A stretch of 64,000 nt of DNA, from positions 42,749 through 106,748 of the forward strand of contig JACOZJ010000003.1 of NCBI GenBank assembly GCA_016181405.1. Reading direction: 5' to 3'. Of this stretch, positions 17,979 through 26,014 are shown piece by piece. The notes beneath the pieces were generated by a model, which saw only the letters and a program-made list of their open reading frames with translations, was not told the origin of the DNA and ran no database searches. Numbering within the stretch: the first letter of the stretch is position 1; every line of letters starts with the position of its first letter. A program made the position numbers and the translations under genes. The stretch comes from Candidatus Wildermuthbacteria bacterium. Its GTDB lineage: Bacteria; Patescibacteriota; Minisyncoccia; Minisyncoccales; UBA10102.

Positions 17979-19394
17979 ATGGACGAATTTACGATTCGAC
18001 AACTGCACGAAAAACTGAAAAACAAAGAATTTTCTGCGCAAGAAATCGTAGAAAGTTTTCTCAAAAACATTGAGCAGAAAGATGCAAATCTGCATGCTTT
18101 TATTACTCCGACAAGGGAACTAGCGCTCGCGCAGGCAAAAGAAATTGATGAAAAAATCGCGCGCGGAGAAAAAGTTTCTCCGCTCGCGGGCGTTCCCTGT
18201 GCAGTGAAAGATTCTATTCTCGTCGATGGCGTGCGTTGCACCGCAGGATCCAAGATTTTGGAAAACTATATTGCGCCTTACGATGCCACGGTTACGCAAA
18301 AACTTCGTACAGAGGGCGTTTTGTTTGTCGGAAAAACAAATCTCGACGAGTTTAATATGGGTGCTTCCACCGAAAACTCGGCTTTCGGCGTTACAAAAAA
18401 CCCTTATGATGAAACAAGGGTGGCCGGAGGAAGTTCCGGAGGATCTGCGGCAAGCGTAGCTGCAAACGAAGCTCTTGTGGCTTTGGGAGCCGATACGGGC
18501 GGCTCTATACGCCTTCCTGCCGCATTTTGCGGCGTGGTGGGGTTAAAACCTACCTACGGCACTGTTTCCCGGCATGGATTAATTGCGATGGCGTCTTCCC
18601 TCGATCAGATAGGGCCGATCGCGAAAACCGCAGAAGACGCAGAAACAGTTTTTGAGACAATCTGCGGAAGGGATGCTTTCGACGCAACCTCCCTTGCGTA
18701 TCAGTACGAATCTCTTTCCGATTTTGATGTGAAAAACCTCCGCATAGGTGTGGCCAAAGAATTTTTTGGCGAAGGGCTTATGCCTCAAATCGCAGAGCTA
18801 GTAAAGGCGGCAATCAAAAAGCTTGAGGATGCTGGCGCTACCGTACAGGAAATAAGCCTTCCTCACGCCAAATACGCCTTAGCGGCCTATTATATCATTA
18901 ACACCTCTGAAGTATCGGCGAACCTCGCTCGTTTTGACGGCATTCGTTATGGCAAATCTGCCAGTAGGGGACAAAACTTGCTCGATGTATACCTGCAAAC
19001 CAGGGGAGAATATCTCGGCGCGGAAGTAAAACGCAGAATTATGCTCGGCACATATGCGCTTTCCGCCGGCTATTACGATGCATATTATCTTAAGGCGCAG
19101 AAAGTTCGCACCCTTCTCCAGCAAGATTTTACGGCCGCCTTTACAGATGTAGATGTAATTATGGGGCCGCCCAGTCCATTTCTCCCTTTTAAGATCGGGG
19201 AGCGCACCGAAGATCCGTTAACCATGTATCTTGTGGATTTGTACACGGTGCCTGTCAATCTCGTTGGATTACCAGCGCTCTCCCTTCCGATAGGATATAC
19301 GCAAGGGCTCCCAGTGGGTTTGCAGATTATTGGGAAGCCGCTCCAAGAAAATTTACTGTTTGCGATTGCAAAGGATTTGGAAAAATTGGCATAG
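17979..19394 (+). CDS. gatA: Asp/Glu-tRNA amidotransferase subunit A
   Basis: Amidase signature ...GGSSGGSAASVAANEA...GADTGGSIRLPAAFCG... Confidence 0.93.
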   Translation: MDEFTIRQLHEKLKNKEFSAQEIVESFLKNIEQKDANLHAFITPTRELALAQAKEIDEKIARGEKVSPLAGVPCAVKDSILVDGVRCTAGSKILENYIAPYDATVTQKLRTEGVLFVGKTNLDEFNMGASTENSAFGVTKNPYDETRVAGGSSGGSAASVAANEALVALGADTGGSIRLPAAFCGVVGLKPTYGTVSRHGLIAMASSLDQIGPIAKTAEDAETVFETICGRDAFDATSLAYQYESLSDFDVKNLRIGVAKEFFGEGLMPQIAELVKAAIKKLEDAGATVQEISLPHAKYALAAYYIINTSEVSANLARFDGIRYGKSASRGQNLLDVYLQTRGEYLGAEVKRRIMLGTYALSAGYYDAYYLKAQKVRTLLQQDFTAAFTDVDVIMGPPSPFLPFKIGERTEDPLTMYLVDLYTVPVNLVGLPALSLPIGYTQGLPVGLQIIGKPLQENLLFAIAKDLEKLA

Positions 19395-19410
19395 GTGCTA
19401 CAATATTGTA

Positions 19411-19935
19411 ATGGAACAGCAAATTTTGGATTTTCTTTCCAAAATAAATTCGCCGGAACTTCAAGCGAAACTTTTTGGGATTAAACTCCTATTCCTTTCG
19501 GTAACGGGGTTTTTTATTGCCATTATAATCATCGCACTTGCCAGAACACCCTATATTAGTTTAAGTATGCTCGCGGACGCCGTAGAAATAGCCACGTTTC
19601 GCCCTTTCGGATTTCCAAAAGTACGGCGGCGATGGCAAAAAATTATGCAGCGTTTGGATGCAGACGACGAGGCCGAATACAAACTTGCTATTATTGAAGC
19701 CGACACTTTGCTGGACGAGATGCTCAAAAAGATGAAGCTCTCCGGGGACAATGTCGACGAACGTTTGCAAAAGGTTACTGCCTTCATGCTTCCTAGCGTA
19801 GAGGAACTCAAAACTGCTCATCGGACGCGCAGCAGTATTGTATACGATGTTGACTATCGCTTAAGCTTACAAGAAGCGCGCCGCGTGCTTTTGGCATATC
19901 AAAAGGCTTTCGAGCAGCTTGATTTTTTCCACTAA
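19411..19935 (+). CDS. Hypothetical membrane protein (one TM helix)
   Basis: MEQQILDFLSK...LLFLSVTGFFIAIIIIALA...; no motif I recognise. Confidence 0.6.
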   Translation: MEQQILDFLSKINSPELQAKLFGIKLLFLSVTGFFIAIIIIALARTPYISLSMLADAVEIATFRPFGFPKVRRRWQKIMQRLDADDEAEYKLAIIEADTLLDEMLKKMKLSGDNVDERLQKVTAFMLPSVEELKTAHRTRSSIVYDVDYRLSLQEARRVLLAYQKAFEQLDFFH

Positions 19936-19952
19936 AAAGGGTAATGTAATTG

Positions 19953-20023
19953 CGCGGGGTAGTGGAGTAGTACCATGCGAGGCCCATAACCTTGTGACGC
20001 CGGTGCAAATCCGGCCCCCGCAA
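19953..20023 (+). tRNA. Initiator tRNA-fMet (CAU), 71 nt, CCA not encoded
   Basis: Hand-folded cloverleaf. It has the C1xA72 mismatch and near-identity to the E. coli tRNA-fMet ends (CGCGGGG...CCGGCCCCCGCAA). Anticodon loop is CCCAUAA. Confidence 0.85.
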
Positions 20024-20050
20024 CATATAGCCTTATCCTGCAAATTGGGA

Positions 20051-20122
20051 GGCTGCGTAGCTCAGTGGTAGAGCGAGGGACTCATAAGCCCTAGGCCGGA
20101 GGTTCGATCCCTCCCGCAGCCA
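20051..20122 (+). tRNA. tRNA with CAU anticodon (elongator Met or Ile2)
   Basis: Cloverleaf GGCUGCG...CGCAGCC-A, anticodon loop CUCAUAA, T-arm GGAGG-UUCGAUC-CCUCC. Confidence 0.88.
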
Positions 20123-20201
20123 CACGATTTTTGTTCCGTCTCTTCGGCGGACCACAAGGATCAGTACGAATAAAAAACGCCTCCCGCTATGGCGGGCAAA
20201 G

Positions 20202-20279
20202 GCGGGCGTAGCTCAGCTGGTTTAAAGCGCTTCCCTGTCACGGAAGAGATCGTGGGTTCGAATCCCATCGCCCGCGCCA
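20202..20279 (+). tRNA. tRNA-Asp (GUC), CCA encoded
   Basis: Acceptor GCGGGCG/CGCCCGC-G-CCA, anticodon loop CUGUCAC, T-arm GUGGG-UUCGAAU-CCCAU. Confidence 0.9.
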
Positions 20280-20285
20280 AAAAAC

Positions 20286-20314
20286 TTGAATAATGCTTCA
20301 GAATGCGGTATGGT
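20286..20314 (+). promoter_or_regulatory. Promoter TTGAAT-N17-TATGGT
   Basis: Read directly from the sequence. It is 7 nt after the tRNA-Asp CCA and upstream of the first islet ORF. Confidence 0.4.
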
Positions 20315-20379
20315 AGCGTCGCCCGTGAAAAGTCCCAAGTATCACGGGAGTACGCACATTTTCGTGGTGGAGGACCGCA

Positions 20380-20823
20380 ATGAACGGCCAAAGGATGCTC
20401 CCTAACTGTTGCGAGGAATGGATTTTGGATCCTGCTTGGAAGTGGGGTTTGAAAATCCCCGTATTGGAGATGTTCTACTGTGCTCCGTGTGGGCACCCGT
20501 GGCAGTGCACGGGGGATGGTGTTTTCATGGAGCTTTCCACGAGGACTTCTTACTTCGTGAAAGAGCGCAACGGTTTCCCATACTTATCCCCAGCAGATGG
20601 ACCGCAGCTTGCGCTTGAGCGCTGCTGCTATCTCAATCTCATCGAGGTGATTCCGGGGAGAGGCGGAGAATTCATCTGCCCGATCTGCGGGGCTCTGTGG
20701 GCAATGAATGAAGAGACGGTGAACGGACTCTTCCGCGAGGTTTACAGCAACACCAAAACGGGTCAGCGTTTTGCAAGGAAGGAGGGAAGCCCTCGCGACT
20801 ATTTCGTTCCTTTGAACCAATAG
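20380..20823 (+). CDS. Hypothetical Cys-rich protein (CxxC...CxxC, zinc-ribbon-like)
   Basis: GGAGGA SD 5 nt before the ATG. Motifs YCAPCGHPWQC and FICPICG. A stem plus T-run follows. Confidence 0.65.
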   Translation: MNGQRMLPNCCEEWILDPAWKWGLKIPVLEMFYCAPCGHPWQCTGDGVFMELSTRTSYFVKERNGFPYLSPADGPQLALERCCYLNLIEVIPGRGGEFICPICGALWAMNEETVNGLFREVYSNTKTGQRFARKEGSPRDYFVPLNQ

Positions 20824-20935
20824 CGCCAGCCGACGCCCAAGAAAAATACCGCGAACCCTTCGAGTTCGTGGTCCTTTTTTTGCGCTGTGGATTGAAACGA
20901 TTTATGAGCTTTTGGATTTTGAACTCCGGTGGGTA

Positions 20936-20964
20936 TTGACGGAACATACTCCCGGGGGTATTCT
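20936..20964 (+). promoter_or_regulatory. Promoter TTGACG-N17-TATTCT
   Basis: Hexamers and spacing read directly from the sequence. Confidence 0.45.
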
Positions 20965-21011
20965 CATGTAATATTCGGATTTCCATTTTATCTGTCTGTT
21001 GGAGGTGAGGA

Positions 21012-21443
21012 ATGTTAGAGGTTCGTACCTTTGAATTCGAGGGCACCGACGCCCAGGAAGTCTACATTCGCCTGCAAGAAAAGTACTGGCCCTTCCCCAA
21101 TCCGTGTCTGCTCATAGATCCAGAGAGATTAAACGACTGGGCAAATGGTGGCTGGCAGCAAATGCCGCATCCTTGTCTCTGCGAGGATGGTGTTCATGGC
21201 TGCCCCAAGCACCTTGTTTACGTCCACGCAGTTGTGGATGCTCTCGCAGAAAGCAGAATTCGGCGCGCTGTGCTACGTTTCATCGCACCCAACTTGCTGG
21301 TCTTGGTTCGCGCAACAGTTTCATTCCCCCGAAGATGGATACCGGCTTCAGTATCCATTATCGCCCTCGAGGTTGATGTCCGAATTGGAGAGGTTCCAAA
21401 GTTCCTCCTGGCGCGAGGCGTCAACAATCAGCGCCCTCCCTGA
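21012..21443 (+). CDS. Hypothetical protein
   Basis: 143 aa with a GGAGGTGAGG SD. No recognisable motif. Confidence 0.6.
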   Translation: MLEVRTFEFEGTDAQEVYIRLQEKYWPFPNPCLLIDPERLNDWANGGWQQMPHPCLCEDGVHGCPKHLVYVHAVVDALAESRIRRAVLRFIAPNLLVLVRATVSFPRRWIPASVSIIALEVDVRIGEVPKFLLARGVNNQRPP

Positions 21444-21529
21444 CACGGAAGGCGCTTTTCTTTTCGGTCTGGAAAATCTGTCGGGGGAATGATAGAAAAT
21501 AGACAGAGTAAGCCGTAGGGAGGAAATCT

Positions 21530-21718
21530 ATGCAGGCCGCTTTTGTTCAAGCACTCAAAGAGCAAATACGGCGGCGGGAGTTTCCGTCGCGAATCACCGA
21601 GGATGCATTCGAGATCAAATATGGCAAACTGTCGCCAGAAATAAGGCAATATGCCCGCAAATTACTCGAGGAAGCCGGCGTAGTAATTGAACCTAGGCGG
21701 AAAGGAGGGAAAAAATGA
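21530..21718 (+). CDS. Hypothetical small protein (62 aa, basic C-terminus)
   Basis: GGGAGG SD. The stop overlaps the next start (ATGA). Confidence 0.55.
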   Translation: MQAAFVQALKEQIRRREFPSRITEDAFEIKYGKLSPEIRQYARKLLEEAGVVIEPRRKGGKK

Positions 21719-22155
21719 TGCCTGAAATACGGCGATTTACTGAAGAGGAATTCCGGCGAAAACTCGCGGACCGAGCATACATACATATTCTTGGACTGTT
21801 TGAACCGCGGCAACTTGGCGTCATGCTCTTTCTTACACGACTCGAGTTCTTTCATTATCCACCTGGTTCGGCACGAAACTCTCTATTCGAGCTCCTCGCA
21901 GTCAACTGGCAGGAAATGCTTTGGGTGGGAGCTTGCATTCCATCCCCGGAGATCACTATCGCTCGCCGTGTTGCTGCCGAAAGTGGACTGCGCGTTACGC
22001 ACAGCGGTCGCGCCCTGCTGTTTCTTCTCTACGAGAATGTTTTCTTGCTCGAAAGCATTCCACACTTGCAGGATTTCAGCTCTACGGCGGAAAGGCTTAG
22101 GGCCGAAGAACGAGAAATTCAACGAATCCAAGCGGGGAGAGCAGCCCGCAACTAG
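21715..22155 (+). CDS. Hypothetical protein (146 aa)
   Basis: Translationally coupled to 21530-21718. A terminator hairpin lies at about 22180-22215. Confidence 0.55.
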   Translation: MMPEIRRFTEEEFRRKLADRAYIHILGLFEPRQLGVMLFLTRLEFFHYPPGSARNSLFELLAVNWQEMLWVGACIPSPEITIARRVAAESGLRVTHSGRALLFLLYENVFLLESIPHLQDFSSTAERLRAEEREIQRIQAGRAARN

Positions 22156-22271
22156 CTCTTTGGAAACATGTGAATAGCAAAGCGGTCGAAAAATACCTCG
22201 TCCGCTTTTCTTTTGCGCATTTTTCATACTCATGAGCCGGCCTAAGGGGAGGACTGGAAAATTTTTGAAGA

Positions 22272-22814
22272 ATGAACTATATTGCAGCATGCCTCCCTAG
22301 GGGAAGTGTGGGGCAGGACGAGGAGGTTGTTGTGATACAAACACCAAGTATGCTTCGAAGGCTTGGGGGGCTTGCGAAGCGTATCTCGCAAAACGGGAGC
22401 GAGAACGAGGCAAGCAGGCTTCTCGACGAAGTGTTCCGCCTGCATCGCGAGGAGAAGCTCACCGAAAACAGCTTCTACACAATACTGGAAGCGCTTCTCG
22501 AAACAGCTGAATCACGCCACGCCGCCAGAGTAGCAGAAATGTTGACGTGGAATATCACGGTGGCTAGCCCGAGACGGCGCACCAGAATTGCGCTTATGGC
22601 ACTCTTCATCCGCGTGGGAACCCGCAAGCACATTCCATGTCTACAGGCATTCGCGGAGTTCGTCAAACAGATTCTGTATCCCGATGAAACGTGGAAACCT
22701 CTTAGCGCCGGACCAATAGCCGCCTCTCCCGAATTCTTCCAACAACTCGATCAGGCAGATATTCGCGCCGCAATCGCCGCCTGCGAGGCGCGCGAAGACA
22801 TACCTGACCACTAA
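22272..22814 (+). CDS. Hypothetical helical protein
   Basis: 180-aa ORF. An alternative GTG start at 22332 has a better SD (GAGGAGG). Confidence 0.55.
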   Translation: MNYIAACLPRGSVGQDEEVVVIQTPSMLRRLGGLAKRISQNGSENEASRLLDEVFRLHREEKLTENSFYTILEALLETAESRHAARVAEMLTWNITVASPRRRTRIALMALFIRVGTRKHIPCLQAFAEFVKQILYPDETWKPLSAGPIAASPEFFQQLDQADIRAAIAACEAREDIPDH

Positions 22815-22942
22815 AGGCACTCAGTGTCTGCAAGAGTCAACGTACGCGCTGGCTCTTTCTTTTTGCGCTGGAAAACTAAACAGAGATGTGGTAAAAGCAA
22901 AGAGGTTATCCTGCGAAAGATTTGACGCAGAGGGAGGTTGCG

Positions 22943-23314
22943 GTGGCAGCATCAACTATCCTCATTAGGTGCGTAGATCCCAGATTCGAAGGCGAGTGGG
23001 CTCCGACCATTCAGAAGGCCATAGGGCCCCACTATAGCCTTACCGAGTTCGGGGGCTTTGATACCTTGGGTGAGGAGGGCTTTCAGCAACTTGCGCGGAA
23101 AATCTCCGCAATACGCAAGATGAACTCCGCCGTTCACCGAATTATCGTTACGTTCCATACGGATTGCGCTTGGTGCGGTGCGCTGCGGATGAATGACGAA
23201 GAGCAGCGGACGCGTGCTTTTGCTCTCGCGCGTCAAATTGCGTATCTGTTTGTCCCGGTGGAAGTTTTTGTAGGCAAAGTTGAGGAGGGTTGGATAACAC
23301 TCCTCAACAGCTAG
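22943..23314 (+). CDS. Hypothetical protein with beta-carbonic-anhydrase-like Cys/His motifs (C-x-D-x-R ... H-x-x-C)
   Basis: GTG start 5 nt after GAGGGAGG. Motifs RCVDPRF and FHTDCAWCG. Confidence 0.5.
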   Translation: MAASTILIRCVDPRFEGEWAPTIQKAIGPHYSLTEFGGFDTLGEEGFQQLARKISAIRKMNSAVHRIIVTFHTDCAWCGALRMNDEEQRTRAFALARQIAYLFVPVEVFVGKVEEGWITLLNS

Positions 23315-23421
23315 GGGCGTAGCTTGACGGCATCGCCTTTTCTTTTTTGTTGTGAAATGTGGTATGCTCCTGTAGGAGAGCGCGCGTAAAGCTCCTACAA
23401 CTCTTAGAGAAGGAACGGAGC

Positions 23422-23784
23422 ATGAAGGAAAATACACTTGTGCTTATAGCCGATCCAACTGATCCGCAAGTTTGGAATCCCACATTGCCTCCTGATCCTT
23501 CCAACCACAAACCTCTGTATGGGATCGTCGAATGTGTACTCGATAAATCTGGTCCCTATGAGGTTCGCCGCTGTCGTGTGAGGCATGATAATAGCGAGGA
23601 ACCCTTAATAGTGCCGATGGCCAGGCTTCTTCTCATTCGGGTATTATCGCCCGAAGATGCACGCGCAGGCACGGTAAATGAGGTATTCAATAGGTGGGCA
23701 CCGATAATTGTAAAGGAGGGAGCGCTGAAGAAAATGCTGTCTAACCAGCGCGATACTCTCCGCAAGATGATCCCTCCAACGTAA
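23422..23784 (+). CDS. Hypothetical protein (120 aa)
   Basis: ATG preceded by GAAGGAACGGAG. A terminator follows at about 23817-23860. Confidence 0.55.
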   Translation: MKENTLVLIADPTDPQVWNPTLPPDPSNHKPLYGIVECVLDKSGPYEVRRCRVRHDNSEEPLIVPMARLLLIRVLSPEDARAGTVNEVFNRWAPIIVKEGALKKMLSNQRDTLRKMIPPT

Positions 23785-23933
23785 AGGTGATAGCTACACG
23801 CTACCGCCCGACAAAAGGCTATGCACGCCTTTGGTGTGCACGGCCCTTTCTTTTTTGGAATAGGGTTTTATTCTGTTAGCAACACCCTTGCTGGCAGACC
23901 GAAGCCCTTTGACCAACGGGGAGGAGGTGGGCA

Positions 23934-24227
23934 GTGACTACAAAATCGAAGGCCGTTGAGGTCGAGGAGGCGTTCGTCAAACTTGTCGAGCTCACTCTTG
24001 CCTGCAGAAGGGGCGGCTTCGGGTGCAATCCCCTTCAGCATAGGGAGGGCCACCCGGTTACCCCGGAAATGATGGTGGCAGTTATGACCCCAATCCGGGT
24101 CTGGCAACTCGAAAACCCCAAACTCCGAACTGAGGAACGTGTCAGCGGTTCGCTGGCATGGCAACTCGCACAAAAGCTGCAGGCCAAACGCAATCCTGCC
24201 CAAAACCCATTGCGTAAGCCCGGGTAG
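23934..24227 (+). CDS. Hypothetical protein (97 aa)
   Basis: GTG start after GGAGGAGGTG. A 9-bp stem terminator lies at 24238-24285. Confidence 0.55.
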   Translation: MTTKSKAVEVEEAFVKLVELTLACRRGGFGCNPLQHREGHPVTPEMMVAVMTPIRVWQLENPKLRTEERVSGSLAWQLAQKLQAKRNPAQNPLRKPG

Positions 24228-24317
24228 CTCCTAGCACCCCATACCGTTACTGCATCTCTGCAGTGAAGGTATGGGGTATTCTTTTGAAAAATTGGAAAAG
24301 TGGAGTTATAGTGAAGT

Positions 24318-24896
24318 ATGAAACGGATTTTTCTTATACATGGCTGGGGTGGTTCGCCGGAAGAAGGTTGGACGCCCTGGTTAAAGGGTAAACTGGAAAA
24401 GCGCGGATTCGAGGTATATGTGCCTGCTATGTCAGATTCGAAGCATCCCAGAATGGACGCGTGGTTGGCGAATTTGCGAGAAACTGTTCGAGTTCCAGAT
24501 CAAAACTGCTACTTTGTTGGCCATAGCTTAGGTTGCATTACTATTCTTCGGTATTTGGAAACTTTGGAAGAAAACCAAAAAGTTGGCGGCGCGGTTCTTG
24601 TGGCTGGTTTTAGCGACATAAACATTACAGTTGGGCCAGATGAAAACGTTCTGGAGATTCAAAGTTTCTTCCAAACCAACGTTGATTTTGCGGCTATCCG
24701 AAAACACTGCGACAAGTTTGTCGCAATTCATTCAGACAACGATCCTTATGTTGATCTGCGGTATGCTGATATTTTCCGCGAAAATCTGGGCGCAAAAGTA
24801 CTGGTGGAGAAGCATAAGGGCCATTTTAGCGGTGATGACGGCATTATGGAACTTCCGAGCGCCCTCGAAAACACTTTGCAGCTAGCATCAGATTAA
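24318..24896 (+). CDS. Alpha/beta serine hydrolase of the YdeN/RBBP9 type
   Basis: MKRIFLIHGWGGSPEEGW...YFVGHSLGC (GxSxG nucleophile elbow). A TTGAAA-N17-TATAGT promoter lies upstream. Confidence 0.75.
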   Translation: MKRIFLIHGWGGSPEEGWTPWLKGKLEKRGFEVYVPAMSDSKHPRMDAWLANLRETVRVPDQNCYFVGHSLGCITILRYLETLEENQKVGGAVLVAGFSDINITVGPDENVLEIQSFFQTNVDFAAIRKHCDKFVAIHSDNDPYVDLRYADIFRENLGAKVLVEKHKGHFSGDDGIMELPSALENTLQLASD

Positions 24897-24991
24897 CACT
24901 CGCGCTGGCTCGAAAAATCAGGCCGCATCCGCTAAAAAATGTGGCGCTAATTCGCCCTTTCGCTCCCGGCTATTTTTGGTATAATTGGTTT

Positions 24992-25318
24992 ATGATTTCT
25001 TTTGAGGAGTTCAAGAAACTGGATATCAAGATAGGGAAAATTGTGAAAGCGGAAAAAATCGCCGATTCAGAAAAACTGGTAAGGCTTATGGTTGATTTGG
25101 GAGAGGGGGAGCCGCGGCAAATTGTGGCCGGAATTGGTTTGACGTGTCCCAACGCAGATGACTTAGTTGACAAAGAGATTCCTGTACTTTGCAATCTCGA
25201 GCCAAAAACCTTTCTGGGCTACACGAGCTATGGTATGTTGCTTGCCGCAGAAGGCGAGGGAATACCGGTGCTGCTGCATCCGGCTGAAGAACTGAAACCC
25301 GGCAGTACTGTGAAATGA
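24992..25318 (+). CDS. Free-standing tRNA-binding (EMAP/Trbp111/CsaA-type OB-fold) protein
   Basis: FEEFKKLDIKIGKIVKAEKIADSEKLVRLMVDLGEGEPRQIVAGI... The ATG is 6 nt after a TGgTATAAT element. Confidence 0.8.
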   Translation: MISFEEFKKLDIKIGKIVKAEKIADSEKLVRLMVDLGEGEPRQIVAGIGLTCPNADDLVDKEIPVLCNLEPKTFLGYTSYGMLLAAEGEGIPVLLHPAEELKPGSTVK

Positions 25319-25869
25319 GGCGAATGATATACGAAATTCCGTACACATTACGATTGAGTAAGCGCGCCCGAAAGGCGCGCATTGCCGTATATCCCGATGG
25401 GAATGTTGTGATTACGTTTCCTAGGTGGGGCAAAGAATTTTTTGCAGAGCGATTCTTGCAAGAGAATGCGCAATGGGTATTGCGAAAACTTTCCTACTTT
25501 CACGACTTGCGAAAGACAGCACCACCTCTTCGAACGGATGCCTCCGTGCAGAATCGAGCAAAAGCGCATAATTTTGCATTAAGCAAAGTGGAGTACTTTA
25601 ATAAGTTCTATGGGTATGCGTACAATAAGATTAGTATCAAAAATCAAAAAACAAGATGGGGGAGTTGTTCTCAAAAAGGAAATTTAAACTTTAACTATAA
25701 AATCTTGTTTCTTCCAGAAACTGCCGCTGAGTATATAATCGTTCATGAACTGTGTCATTTAAAAGAGTTTAATCACTCGAGCAGATTTTGGAAATTAGTG
25801 GCAACAGCGTTCCCGAATTATCGAGAAATAAGAAAAGAATTGCACAAAAGGGGTTTGGAACTTTTGTAA
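25315..25869 (+). CDS. YgjP/DUF45-type (SprT-like) zinc metallohydrolase
   Basis: ...WGSCSQKGNLNFNYKILFLP...IIVHELCHLKEFNHSSRFW (HExxH). Confidence 0.8.
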   Translation: MRRMIYEIPYTLRLSKRARKARIAVYPDGNVVITFPRWGKEFFAERFLQENAQWVLRKLSYFHDLRKTAPPLRTDASVQNRAKAHNFALSKVEYFNKFYGYAYNKISIKNQKTRWGSCSQKGNLNFNYKILFLPETAAEYIIVHELCHLKEFNHSSRFWKLVATAFPNYREIRKELHKRGLELL

Positions 25870-25954
25870 AAGTTGGAAGGAAGAGTAAAAATATATGAAT
25901 GCTAGCTTCGTGAAAGTGACTTTCTAGTGCAGAATAGGAGAAAAATAGGCGACA

Positions 25955-25983
25955 TTGACTATATCAAAAAAATAATGTATACT
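25955..25983 (+). promoter_or_regulatory. Near-consensus promoter TTGACT-N17-TATACT
   Basis: Read directly from the sequence, upstream of the secreted-protein gene. Confidence 0.55.
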
Positions 25984-26014
25984 TTGTCCGGGAACAAATT
26001 TGAGGAGGTATCCC

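Noticed and set aside
20051-20122. Possible UCA (opal suppressor/Sec) reading of the second CAU tRNA by shifting the anticodon loop
   Set aside because: The shifted register destroys anticodon-stem pairing. The standard register gives loop CUCAUAA with anticodon CAU, at the cost of one A31-G39 mismatch.
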